Shown piece after piece: positions 15,866 to 30,037 of a DNA stretch of 64,000 nucleotides. The position numbers and the translations under genes were made by a program. The stretch covers positions 404,736,001 through 404,800,000 of the forward strand of contig OZ024741.1 of NCBI GenBank assembly GCA_964016885.1, read 5' to 3'. Position 1 is the stretch's first letter; every line of letters begins with the position of its first letter. This DNA comes from Eledone cirrhosa (lineage: Eukaryota). Under the pieces are notes generated by a model that worked only from the letters and a program-made list of their open reading frames with translations, made no database searches and was not told the DNA's origin.

Positions 15866-15868
<3 letters not shown>
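11997..15868 (+). mobile_element. 469-bp tandem array (~8.25 near-identical units), one type I hammerhead ribozyme per unit; retrozyme-like
   Basis: Period 469 (one 470 step from an A9 vs A8 run), visible from the repeated 60-aa pseudo-ORFs at 12209, 12678, 13148 ... 15493. Each unit holds aatattg-CTGATGA-gttg(taacaa)caac-GAAA-ctag-TT-caatatt. (TA)n on both sides. Confidence 0.88.
12242..12286 (+). ncRNA. Type I hammerhead ribozyme (first of 8; others start 12711, 13181, 13650, 14119, 14588, 15057, 15526)
   Basis: Canonical core CUGAUGA/GAAA. Stem I aatattg/caatatt (7 bp), stem II gttg/caac, short palindromic stem III ACTAGT. Predicted GUU cleavage after 12279. Confidence 0.9.
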
Positions 15869-17341
<1,473 letters not shown>

Positions 17342-18463
17342 GTTATACTTTGGGAGGGTCATGTTGCCAAAAAGAATCACACGCACTAGTCGCATTCACT
17401 TCAATTTATTATTATAATAAATTTATAATAAATTTATAAATTTATAAATTTCTGGTTGGTTGGTTCCACAACCAGATATTTGTTTATATATTGTCATAGT
17501 TCTTTCGTCACACACTCTGTGACCTCTTCAGTGACTGGGGATTCCTTTCTTTGTTTCTGTGCCTCTCCTTTGTTCTGCCCTACGCCATTTTGTTTCTGTG
17601 TGTGTGTTGTGTGCTCAGTCTGCGCCACATCCGGGTGTCTGTGTGTGTTTATGTTCATTTATTTATTTGTTTATTTACATGTTACTGGTTGGTTGTTTGT
17701 TCTATGTGTGTGTGTGTTTTCATTTTGTCCTTAATTGTAAGTTGTGATATTGCTGTTCCACTCATATTTTCTATTTAATTTTGGTTGTAATTCTTTTATG
17801 TTTATTGCCTCTGTAATTTGTCTAAACATTGCGTCTTTTCTGTGTGTAGATTCTATTTTTATTTCTATGTTCTCTAATTTAACCTTGTGTTCTATTTTAG
17901 CATGTTGGTAGAGTACAGACGATTCTTTACTATCTTGAAGGTCTCGCCAGTGTTCATTTATCCGTTCCCCTACACTACGAGCTGTCTTACCTATGTACAC
18001 TATATTTTTGTCTCTACATTGTCCTTATATGTATCTTATGCTATATGTATCTTATGCTATACACTACATTTCTAGTTTTACAGTTAATATGGGGGCTTAT
18101 TTTACAGGTTATACATTTCTTATCTATACATGAGGGTCTTTGAAAAGGGTATGTCTTGCTAATAAGTGTTTTTACGGAGGTACCTGGTATTTTTACTATC
18201 TTAATATTGAGTTTATGTTTATTTAGGGCGCTTCTAAATTTGTAAGCTAATTCACCTCTAGGGGTTGTATCGATGAACATTACGCTCTGGTATTTATTGC
18301 TATCAAACCATGAGTTTATTCTATTTGCCATGTTCCTAGTTCTTTCTATTCTATTCCAAAATTTGCTCCTATACAGGGGGCAGGACCCATTTATGTCATC
18401 ATTTATCATTTTTTCCCATTTGGTTCTGGCTCCTCGATACACTCTGATGTTATCTCTCTGATG

Positions 18464-18464
<1 letters not shown>
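17342..18464 (-). mobile_element. Penelope-like element 3' fragment (GIY-YIG end + 3' UTR + HHR)
   Basis: ORFs 18041-18442 (CIDKKCITC, CKTRNVVYSI) and 17731-18000 (YIGKTARSVGERINEH ... RQITEAINI ... LNRKYEW). Embedded in (TA)n. Confidence 0.85.
17493..17535 (-). ncRNA. Type I HHR in Penelope 3' UTR
   Basis: gtca-CTGAAGA-g-gtcaca(gagtg)tgtgac-GAAA-gaac-TA-tgac; one extra base before stem II. Confidence 0.65.
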
Positions 18465-18556
<92 letters not shown>

Positions 18557-18644
18557 ATATATATATATAATATATATATATATATTATATATATATATAA
18601 TATATATATATATAATATATATATATTATATATATATATAATAT

Positions 18645-18676
<32 letters not shown>

Positions 18677-18710
18677 ATATATATATATATAATATATATA
18701 TATATAATAT

Positions 18711-18753
<43 letters not shown>

Positions 18754-18765
18754 TATATATAATAT

Positions 18766-18799
<34 letters not shown>

Positions 18800-18852
18800 A
18801 TATGTATATATATAATATACATATATATATAATATATATATATATAATATAT

Positions 18853-18886
<34 letters not shown>

Positions 18887-18926
18887 ATATATATATATAT
18901 ATAATATATATATATATATAATATAT

Positions 18927-18998
<72 letters not shown>

Positions 18999-19009
18999 AA
19001 TATATATAT

Positions 19010-19072
<63 letters not shown>

Positions 19073-19219
19073 ATATATATATATATATATGTATAATATA
19101 TAAATATATATAATATATATATATATAATATATATATATATAATATATATATATATAATATATATATATATATAATATATATATAATATATATATATATA
19201 ATATATATATATATAATAT

Positions 19220-19262
<43 letters not shown>

Positions 19263-19379
19263 ATATGACTCCAGTTCCCCAGTGAATTAACAACCCAACA
19301 AGGAACTGGGCATATCAGAGTATTGACAATATCATACACCTAAACAACATATGTACTTGTCTATACCATACTAATTCAA

Positions 19380-19434
19380 ACTGCCTGAAGAGGTCACAGC
19401 CAAAGATGGCTGTCACTGAAATATATATAGCAGT
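19380..19434 (+). ncRNA. Type I HHR followed by AATAAA (Penelope pLTR-like fragment 19266-19580)
   Basis: actgc-CTGAAGA-ggtcacagcc(aaagat)ggctgtcact-GAAA-tatata-TA-gcagt-aataaa. Confidence 0.8.
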
Positions 19435-19651
19435 AATAAACGAAGTTAAATTTTAATCATTTGACTTTTATTTAACTTTATTTTACACTACTCCGGAGTA
19501 ACCAAACCAACCTGCGCACTTCGTCGAGTGCTCCAGCCTGCATACTAAGGTGTTGGTGTACAACCAACATAAACTCAAAAATATATATATATAATATATA
19601 TATATAATATATATATAATATATATATATATTATATATATATAATATATAT

Positions 19652-19708
<57 letters not shown>

Positions 19709-19752
19709 ATATATATATATATATATAATATATATATATATATAATATATAT

Positions 19753-19795
<43 letters not shown>

Positions 19796-20089
19796 TATAT
19801 ATAGGAGTCGATCGACTTTCGTCAAATCGGACAGAGGGAACAATGTTTCCGTTGGTCTTTCCAATTGCTAATACTATCTAACGGTCGCAACTCCAGGTAG
19901 AAGGAGCAACGTGAAATAAAGTGTCTTGCCCAAGGACATAACGCATCGCCTGGTCCAGGAATCGAACTCACAACCTTATGATTCCGAATCCAATTCTCTA
20001 ACCACTCAGCCACAGGCCTTCATATATATATAAATATTATATATATATAATATATATATATATATATAATATATATATATATAATATAT

Positions 20090-20120
<31 letters not shown>

Positions 20121-20159
20121 AATATATATATATATAATATATATATATATATAATATAT

Positions 20160-20191
<32 letters not shown>

Positions 20192-20237
20192 AATATATAT
20201 ATATATAATATATATATATATATAATATATAAAATAT

Positions 20238-20271
<34 letters not shown>

Positions 20272-20448
20272 AATATATATTTATATAATTGTTTCTACTT
20301 TAGGCACGAGGCCAGCAATTACCCAGTGCATTACTGGTACTTTATTTTATCGACCCCGTAAGGATGAAAGGCAAAGTCAACCTCGGCGGATTTGAACTCA
20401 GATCGTAAAGGGACGTAACTATGCTGGAAAGCATGGCGTCTGACTTTC

Positions 20449-20648
20449 NNNNNNNNNNNNNNNNNNNNNNNNNNNNNNNNNNNNNNNNNNNNNNNNNNNN
20501 NNNNNNNNNNNNNNNNNNNNNNNNNNNNNNNNNNNNNNNNNNNNNNNNNNNNNNNNNNNNNNNNNNNNNNNNNNNNNNNNNNNNNNNNNNNNNNNNNNNN
20601 NNNNNNNNNNNNNNNNNNNNNNNNNNNNNNNNNNNNNNNNNNNNNNNN
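20449..20648. other. Assembly gap (200 N)
   Basis: Run of N. Confidence 1.
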
Positions 20649-20975
20649 GTACTAAAATTTGTATATATACATATATATATATGTAAGTATGTTTTTGAGG
20701 TATATATATATATCAAGTAGGAATATTTTCGAAACAGCGAATTGGTTTGAAATTATTAGAAATGTAAGCTATCGCCGTATTTTGACTAAAGAAATTAAAG
20801 AAATTATTTAGCCTGATAGTGGGGTTAAGAACCCTCGGAGAAATGGAAACAGATGAGTATTGACGTACATGTACGTCAATACTCATCTTTTTCCATTTCT
20901 CCGAGGGTTCTTAACCCCACTATCAGGCTAAATAATTTCTTTAATTTCTTTAGTCAAAATACGGCGATAGCTTAC

Positions 20976-21023
<48 letters not shown>

Positions 21024-21286
21024 AGTATATGTTGGTTGTATACCAACACCTCAGTATGCAGATTGGAGCACTCAACGAAGTGCGCAGGTTGGTTTGGTTA
21101 CTCCGGAGTAATGTAAAATAAAATAAAATAAATAAGTCAAATGTTTAAAATTTGGCTTCGTTTATTACGGCCATATATATTTCGGTGACAGCCATCTTTG
21201 GCTGTGACCTCTTCAGGCAGTCCGAATCAGTGTGGGTTGTTATTTCACTGAGGAACTGTGTACTCGTCTCTAACACGCTAATTCGG

Positions 21287-21341
21287 ACTGCCTGAAGAGG
21301 TCACAGCCAAAGATGGCTGTCACCGAAATATATATAGCAGT
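21287..21341 (+). ncRNA. Type I HHR, same family as 19380; inverted mutated copy at 21167-21221
   Basis: actgc-CTGAAGA-ggtcacagcc(aaagat)ggctgtcacc-GAAA-tatata-TA-gcagt-aataaa inside fold-back 21118-21390. Confidence 0.8.
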
Positions 21342-21501
21342 AATAAACGAAGCCAAATTTTAAACACATTTGACTTATTTATTTTATTTTATATATATAT
21401 ATATATATATATCTGCCTCTCTCTCTATATATGTGTGTGTGTGTGTTTGTATCTATCTATCTATCTAACTAACTATTTATCAATATATTTGTCCCTCAAT
21501 A

Positions 21502-21690
21502 GGGGGCGGTGAATTGGCAGTATCGGTAGAGGGTCGGACGCCATGCTTTGACGCATAGAGTTACGGCCCTTGCCATTCTGAGTTCAAATCCCGCCGAGGT
21601 TAACTTTGCCTTTCATCCTTACTGGGTCGATAAAATAAAGTACCAGTAATGCACTGGGTATTTGCTGGCCTTGTGCCAAAAGTAGAAACA
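21502..21690 (+). mobile_element. Second tRNA-derived SINE family (other copies ~5690-5800, 8300-8420, 20288-20448, 50572-50730, 52445-52512, 52651-52790, 53358-53450)
   Basis: tggcagtatcgg A box, gagttcaaatccc B box, central gcctttcatcctta..gggtcgataaaataaagtaccag (resembles the Meta-SINE domain, from memory). Confidence 0.78.
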
Positions 21691-21703
21691 ATATTTGTCT
21701 GTC

Positions 21704-21734
<31 letters not shown>

Positions 21735-21744
21735 ATATATATAT

Positions 21745-21873
21745 CGCTGAAGCTCACGGAGGAGATGACGAAGGCCCGTGACAAGTGGAGAGATGCTGTG
21801 CTGAATAGGACCCGTCCCACCTTTGCAAGCAGGGAAAAGCGGACGTAAAATGATGATGATGATGATGATGATG
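21745..21873 (+). mobile_element. Short 3' fragment of the same RTE family
   Basis: Near-identical to the reverse complement of 58277-58405; ends in (GAT)n. Confidence 0.85.
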
Positions 21874-21964
21874 CTAGACCCCCTTCCTGCTATATCAAGC
21901 GTTAACCTAATATATCCCTTCCATATACTGTACCGATTGTGTTGTCATTTCTGTTACCTTTTAC

Positions 21965-22016
<52 letters not shown>

Positions 22017-22044
22017 CTTTCTATTTATCCATTTGTATGTATAT

Positions 22045-22113
<69 letters not shown>

Positions 22114-22447
22114 TGTGTGTGTGTGTGGATATATATAATATATAACGCAATGTTCGAATGTTTGCTTTGTATGTCAGTCCAGGTTTAACAGAAGATTTCA
22201 TATAATGCTGGTGCTGCTACTGCTGCTGCTATTGTTGTTGTTATTGTTACTGGTGCTGCTGCTGCTGATGATGATGATGAATGATGATGACATCTACGAG
22301 AAATTACGTATCACATATTAGATTCTAGCAAGAAATCAAATTGGATCGGTGTGAGTCCAAAATAATTCGTGATCAAAACGTAGTCTTCACTTTTATAAGA
22401 AATTCTCTACCCAGTCACCAATCTACTATATATATATATATATATAT

Positions 22448-23887
22448 AAATTGGAATAAATGCTCTGAAATAGCGATATATATGTGAATATAGACATAGA
22501 ATATTCGAAAATATTCTGTATGTTTATAATAAACATTTTGAAGACCTAATCGCTATAGAATAGAATACGTCACGTATTACAATTAGATTCTCGATAAAAG
22601 CAAGGGAAGTAATCTACGCGTTTCATTCTTTTTAGAAATCATCAGGACTACATATCCAGTGCTTTTATCGAGAATGACACAGCTAGAGACTTATAGAATA
22701 CTTAGCTGTGTACAGGAACTGGTTTGAAAGAGCGGTTGCCGGTCCGGCAGAAATTAGAAATTGGAATAAATGCTCTGAAATAGCGATATATATGTGAATA
22801 TAGACATAGAATATTCGAAAATATTCTGTATGTTTATAATAAACATTTTGAAGACCTAATCGCTATAGAATAGAATACGTCACGTATTACAATTAGATTC
22901 TCGATAAAAGCAAGGGAAGTAATCTACGCGTTTCATTCTTTTTAGAAATCATCAGGACTACATATCCAGTGCTTTTATCGAGAATGACACAGCTAGAGAC
23001 TTATAGAATACTTAGCTGTGTACAGGAACTGGTTTGAAAGAGCGGTTGCCGGTCCGGCAGAAATTAGAAATTGGAATAAATGCTCTGAAATAGCGATATA
23101 TATGTGAATATAGACATAGAATATTCGAAAATATTCTGTATGTTTATAATAAACATTTTGAAGACCTAATCGCTATAGAATAGAATACGTCACGTATTAC
23201 AATTAGATTCTCGATAAAAGCAAGGGAAGTAATCTACGCGTTTCATTCTTTTTAGAAATCATCAGGACTACATATCCAGTGCTTTTATCGAGAATGACAC
23301 AGCTAGAGACTTATAGAATACTTAGCTGTGTACAGGAACTGGTTTGAAAGAGCGGTTGCCGGTCCGGCAGAAATTAGAAATTGGAATAAATGCTCTGAAA
23401 TAGCGATATATATGTGAATATAGACATAGAATATTCGAAAATATTCTGTATGTTTATAATAAACATTTTGAAGACCTAATCGCTATAGAATAGAATACGT
23501 CACGTATTACAATTAGATTCTCGATAAAAGCAAGGGAAGTAATCTACGCGTTTCATTCTTTTTAGAAATCATATATATTCACATATATATCGCTATTTCA
23601 GAGCATTTATTCCAATTTCTAATTTCTGCCGGACCGGCAACCGCTCTTTCAAACCAGTTCCTGTACACAGCTAAGTATTCTATAAGTCTCTAGCTGTGTC
23701 ATTCTCGATAAAAGCACTGGATATGTAGTCCTGATGATTTCTAAAAAGAATGAAACGCGTAGATTACTTCCCTTGCTTTTATCGAGAATCTAATTGTAAT
23801 ACGTGACGTATTCTATTCTATAGCGATTAGGTCTTCAAAATGTTTATTATAAACATACAGAATATTTTCGAATATTCTATGTCTATA

Positions 23888-23892
<5 letters not shown>
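22448..23892 (-). mobile_element. 310-bp tandem array (~3.6 units, 22448-23572) followed by one inverted unit (23573-23892); one HHR per unit; retrozyme-like
   Basis: ttggaataaa recurs at 22451, 22761, 23071, 23381. The sequence after 23573 is the reverse complement of the unit. (TA)n on both sides. Confidence 0.85.
22609..22651 (-). ncRNA. Type I HHR (copies 22919-22961 and 23229-23271 on minus; 23725-23767 on plus)
   Basis: gtagtc-CTGATGA-tttct(aaaa)agaat-GAAA-cgcg-TA-gattac. Stem I 6 bp, palindromic stem III ACGCGT, U-U at base of stem II. Confidence 0.82.
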
Positions 23893-23923
<31 letters not shown>

Positions 23924-24268
23924 ATTAAATAAATGGAAACTATATTTATAAAACCATATTTAATATCATAAATATACTCCAAATACTTGTTGAGTGCTTT
24001 TATATCAGTTATAAATATTTACTCGTTGTTAACCCAACAATTTAAATATAACTTTCCATATATATATATATATATATTTATCAGGATTAAACCAGCTTTA
24101 AACTAGTTAGATCATTATTCAACAGAGTACGCGACACTTGGGAATTGGGATAGTAGAGTGTGGCTATATAAGAAAGAGTCGGTGCCCGACGGCTGAGCTC
24201 TTCTGTTTAAACAGCTAGTTCCATCTGGTGAAACGGCAAGGGCGAACTCAACCGTCGCACCCCAACTC

Positions 24269-24344
<76 letters not shown>

Positions 24345-24482
24345 ATAATAATAAATTTGAAGACTAAAATCCAACGTTTTTCGAAATATTTACTTCTGCG
24401 TTCACAGATTGATTCTTTTAGTTTCAGAAGATCCCGTTAAGGGTGAAAGCAGCGATTCTTTGCTCAAACTTTAATCTTTTAT

Positions 24483-24548
<66 letters not shown>

Positions 24549-24766
24549 AGGGAGTGTAACTTGGAGTTACTGTAGGTTCACCCGGGTGAGCACTCGATGT
24601 TTAGGTTCACTTCAGTGTCGAGATGTAGAGCTAGACAGAGTGTATTATAGTGAAATAAGATAACAAGGACGATTGGTTACTCCTTCATTATGTTTATTGG
24701 TGACGCGCGTTTCGTCACTGACCAGCTCAAGGCATGTATATTCATTTTTGCATTAGCATTACAAGG

Positions 24767-24851
24767 GGTCTGACGAGCCGCGAATTACAGAGTCGGGTCA
24801 GATCGATACAGATCGAACCTTGAGCTGATCAGTGGCAAAACGCGCGTCACC
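24767..24851 (+). ncRNA. HHR with long loop II (G12 mutated here; GAAA kept in the inverted partial copy ~24698-24732)
   Basis: ggt-CTGACGA-gcc...ggc-AAAA-cgcgcg-TC-acc...aataaa. Confidence 0.55.
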
Positions 24852-24952
24852 AACCAATAAACGTAATGAAGGAGTAACCAATCGTCCTTGTTATCTTATT
24901 TCACTATACATATATATATATATATTTATATTTAAAAGTTAAACAAGGTTCA

Positions 24953-25004
<52 letters not shown>

Positions 25005-25009
<5 letters not shown>

Positions 25010-27175
25010 TTAATAAAATAGATGTTCTTTTGATAAATTACATTTTATTATACATATTTCGGATGTACAACAGTACGTCCTCATCAGACAAAATATAATG
25101 ATACATGACATACCCTGACATGTTAAATGGTTAAGATTTAGTCAAGGTAGTGATTAACCTAAGAGAAAATTTAACATATATACTCTAATTATGAGAAAAT
25201 GCGAAAACGTAATAAATTCATTAGAGAATGTGTGAGTAAGAACAACGTTGCTTACTGTAACTGTTCTAGAGATTTTAAAATGTATGATACTACGATATAT
25301 CTAGGAAAACATCTCATGAATCATAACAGCCAGTGATAGCCACTGGAAAAGGATTTATAAAGAGGGAAAGATAAAGGGGGGGGGGGTGATATATGCAGAA
25401 GGAGATTTTTTCTGAAAGTTAAACGGTTAAATTTGAAAATATTTAATTTATAATATTAGGGTGAAGACTCCAGATTTCAGGATTATTTGCTGGTTATTTA
25501 TATATTAGTTTTATAAATTCGATAAGTGTGTTATCATTTCTAAGGTTCAGAATTTTACGAGGGTAACATTTAAAGCATTTAGCTGGCACATAAAGAATTA
25601 AATATTATACTGTTGATTAATTACCTAAATTTAAACTTTAACAAAGATACCAACATATTAGGTATGTAAAGCTTTTGAAGTACTTATTGTTATAAATATT
25701 TAAATAACGATTATGTATATAGGTATATATTAATGAGCCAGTATATTTTAGGTAAATAATAACGACGAAGATAAAAATAAAATAAGATAATAGATTGAGG
25801 TATGTTAAGGTTAAATGTACACCTATGTATAACTGGATGTAAATGCATTAATTATTCTTTAACCAAGATATCAACATATTAGGTATGTAAAGCTTCTGAA
25901 GTATTTATTGTTAGAAATATTTAAATAACGATTATGTATATAGATATATATTATTGATCCAGTATATTTTAGGTAAATGATAACGAAAATAAAAATAAAT
26001 TGAGGCATGTTACGGCAAAATATACACCTATATATAACGGGGTGTAAATGCATTAATTATTTTTAGTTCAGAGTGTACGTAATCAAGAAATTTAGAAGTT
26101 AAGTAAAAATTGCGTATAGGAAGATATAGGGAGGTATATATATAGATATATATTAGGTATTAGTGGTGTAGTATACTTTATGTAAATGATAACAGTTATA
26201 ATTTTATAAAGTAGAGTTCAACGTGTTACATTTAAATACATATATATATATAAGAGAAACAATAATGAGTGCATGGATAATTCAGAGTTCAAAGTAATGT
26301 CTATAATAATTTTTAGTTTGGATATTTTCTCTATATTTGAATCATATATATAGAAATGTGGTAGGTATATTTAAAAATATTTAAAAATATATAAAATATA
26401 ATAAAATATAATATATAACTACATACATATTATAATACATATTATAAATAAGAGATCAAAAGCGCAGCAAAAATTCACATTTATATATAAGTTTGAATCT
26501 GTTTCAATTTTTAGATTTTAAAGTGCAGTAAATATATTTAAAAAATATATACATATACTATATTATATTATACTATAAATAAGAGATCAAAAACTCATTA
26601 AACATTCACAGTTATAGATAAGTTCCGTAAATATGTATGGATTGGGTATTAAACTAAAATTTAAAAGAGATCAAAAATGCATTAAAAATTCACAGTTATA
26701 GATAAGTTCCGTAAATATGTAAGGATTGGGTATTAGACTAAATTATAAGCATAGATAGGAAGATAGATAGAGAAATAAAGAAATAAAGAAATGATGGTAT
26801 TGATCAAAGTTAATAAAATAATGTTATGTGTATCAATGTTCTGGCATGTTATTGAACAAGTGTCATTCATTCGAGCGTTATTTCTTCTTTAGATAGCTAT
26901 AATATAAAGCAATATTAAAGGCCATTAATGTTTTTCACTGTTGATTATATATTCCTGGTAACCAAGTTATTAATGGTTTGGTATTATTGTCTCTTTTTTT
27001 CTCGTTTTATGGGAGGCTAAAAATGTGGACGTAGCTTTATGGAGGCAACTAGAGAATAATTCACTTTTTTGTTAATTAGGGTCTCATAGTTATGAATAAT
27101 CAACAGGGTCTCCATTGTACAGAGTATAATAAAATGTAATTGATAAAAAGAACATCTATTTTATTAATATTTATA
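25005..27175 (-). mobile_element. Penelope-like 3' fragment with ~2-kb AT-rich 3' UTR, terminal HHR and inverted copy of its 3' tail at the truncation point
   Basis: Minus-strand remnant ETLINKK/ELFSSCLHK (~27035-27085) resembles the LNKRSEL..C.H end of PLE endonucleases. 25005-25050 is the inverse of 27125-27172. Confidence 0.6.
25042..25094 (-). ncRNA. Type I HHR
   Basis: attttgt-CTGATGA-ggacgtac(tgtt)gtacatcc-GAAA-tatgta-TA-ataaaat. Confidence 0.8.
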
Positions 27176-27432
27176 TTTATATTTTAATATTAATAACTGA
27201 GGAAAATAATTTTTTTCGTAGAGTGCTTCCAATCTACTGTAAAACTCATTATTTGACATAATCATTGAATATTGTTTAACACTTTAATATATTATATATA
27301 TATATATATTTAGGGAATTGGTCACAGGGTTATTTACTTTGGTAAACGCCACTGCAGGCCAACCACTAATTAAATTCGATACAGATATAATAAGGTTAAC
27401 AAACTTACTCGTGAGTGAACTGACCGAGAGCC

Positions 27433-27800
27433 GGTCGCCAAATAATCAGCATGGTAAATTAAATGTTATTGGGACACGAGTAACATAATAATGATGTCAA
27501 CAGCAGAAATTAGAGATGAAATGTATGTTTATTTTTGTTGTAGCACAAATAATGTTGGTTAACTTGTATGGTTGAAGTTACACATAAAAATGAGGTTACA
27601 AAAGGGAATGTGTCATTGCGCCCGAAAGTCGGAGGTTCGAAGTCCCAGGTGCGAGAGAGAGATTTTCTTCAAATCTTCGCGGGTAATTTCTCTCTCAGGA
27701 CGCGTAGGGATACATGCTCTTCTGCTGGCGCTGATTGGCTGAGCTGAGCCAAATCACGCACAGAGAATGTATGTGAGCCCGCGGAATGTAGGTCACTACA
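27433..27800 (-). mobile_element. Second copy of the LTR + PBS-like fragment
   Basis: Same terminus (…ggtcactaca) abutting (TA)n. Confidence 0.55.
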
Positions 27801-28010
27801 ATATATATATATATATTGAGAGTGTGAGAGGGGGGGGGGGCACTATTAAAGGAGGTACTCAATACGTTAATAGAGTATAAGCATCTTTATTATATATAGA
27901 GAGAAATGACTTCTACGGGACTAGAACTGTTTCCTTCGTAATATTCTCGCTGACAGAAAGACAGACAAGGAGGCAGATAGACAGGCATACAAGTAAATAA
28001 ATCAATAAAC

Positions 28011-28043
<33 letters not shown>

Positions 28044-28059
28044 TTGAATGAGAGTGAGT

Positions 28060-28386
28060 TGGATAGATAGATACAGACAGATAGATAGAGGTTGATTGGT
28101 TGATAAATAGAGAGAGGGGGAGTGAGAGGGAGCTGGATAGATACAGACAGAGGGATAGAGGTTGATTGATAGATAGCGAGAGAGAGAGGGGGAGTGAGAG
28201 GGAGCTGGATAGATACAGACAGAGGGATAGAGGTTGATTGATAGATAGCGAGAGAGAGAGGGGGGTGAGAGGGAGCTGGATAGATACAGACAGAGGGATA
28301 GAGGTTGATTGGTTGATAAATAGAGAGAGAGGGGTGAGAGGGAGCTGGATAGATACAGACAGAGGGAGAGAGGTTGATTGATAGAT

Positions 28387-28420
<34 letters not shown>
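28060..28420. repeat. ~60-bp minisatellite built from GA/GATA/GACA motifs
   Basis: gtgagagggagctggatagatacagacagaggga repeated 4 times, plus a partial first unit. Confidence 0.85.
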
Positions 28421-29236
28421 TTGGCTGAAGTGATAAAAATTCACGTAGGCGAGATTTTCAATCAGTTTGACTTTCTTCTGATCTGTTGGAGAATTATATA
28501 AGATGTTTATTTCAACTTAAGTCTCAACAAATCTATCCGGTTAAGATCCGACCATTTATTTGATCCTCTTTCATCGAAACTTTGGCTTAATTTTTTTGCT
28601 GGAAATTTGCCAAACATAATATTTATATATTTTTTTCAAATGTGTTTAACCACTCAAATTTTTTTAATGTTTTAATTAACAAATACAATCTATGATGTAG
28701 TAAAATATTGCTGACAAATCATTGATATTTTACCTCTACGTTAAGTCAATTCAGCATGGTCGTATTAACCTATTTTGTTTTTTAAATAGCAACATGGGGA
28801 GGGAAGGAGGGCAGGAGAGACGGAGGTGATGGCAGTGGGAGTTTGGTTGTCTTCGGACCTGGTGTATATATGTGATGAGGAGAGCAGGAGAGATGGAGAC
28901 AGTGACTGTGGGTGTTTGGTTCCTTTGTGTTCGGACCTGGTGTATATGTGTGTGCAATTAAAAAGGTTCTTAACCCACATACTTAAACAAACATAAACTT
29001 ACCGTTTGTCATGTTGGAAAAAAAAATATATTTCAAGAGTTGAAGAAATATCAAAACACTGACAGCGTGTCAAAATGAAATCAATGTTAGATGCGCATGA
29101 CAGGTTTTACATCGACCTTGTAAGATTGGAACTCAGAACATAGAGCTGCAGCAGTAAGTGGTAAAATACTGTAGAAAGATGGCGTGATGGATACTGACAG
29201 AATGACACAAAGGTAGATATATATATATACTGTATA

Positions 29237-29267
<31 letters not shown>

Positions 29268-29507
29268 ATAGATATAAATATTGGTAAAAGGAAAAGAAAA
29301 TGCTGACAAATTTTTCCCAGTGAAAAATAGTTTAATTAGGAATAAGTAAAAATTAGTAATAGTATTGGTTAGTATTCAGTTTTAGTTTTAAGTTTTTACC
29401 GGTTGCGCATTTCTAATGCTTTTCAAAAATAATTCTGAGATAGAGCGCCCGTGATGTTTGCTCTATTCAGATTAGAGCAAACATCACGGGCGCTCTATCT
29501 CAAAATT

Positions 29508-29545
29508 ATTTTTGAAAAGCATTAGAAATGCGCAACCGGTAAAAG
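29508..29545 (+). ncRNA. HHR-like motif TTGAAAA/GCAA inside fold-back 29279-29660; mirror copy ~29393-29429
   Basis: ttt-TTGAAAA-gcatt(aga)aatgc-GCAA-ccgg-TA-aaa. Confidence 0.5.
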
Positions 29546-29687
29546 CTTAAAACTAAAACTGAATACTAACCAATACTATTACTAATTTTTACTTATTCCT
29601 AATTAAACTATTTTTCACTGGGAACAATTTGTCAGCATTTTCTTTTCCTTTTACCAATATATCACAACTCGTGTGTTACACCTCTAT

Positions 29688-29757
<70 letters not shown>

Positions 29758-29800
29758 ATAGATAGATAGATAGATAAAGGGATATATCGAAAGATAGATA

Positions 29801-30037
29801 TGTTTCTTTATTTGCCACAAGGGCGCACAAGAAAATGGGACAATACAAAGAAATATGGCGGGGACCTTACATACAATCGTGTAAACAATTTAACATGCAA
29901 ATTCAACAAACGAAATCCCCAATAGGAGGGAGGCGTTACAAATTGGTTGTTTCATACCCCGTAGATAGAACAACCCTCAACTCCAGGAGCATGTTGTGCA
30001 AGTGCTCCTTTTTTCCTTTTGCACTCTTCTTCAACCT

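Noticed and set aside
11997-15868. CRISPR-like or snRNA/5S gene array
   Set aside because: Units are identical with no variable spacers, and I recognise no snRNA, 5S or tRNA sequence in the unit.
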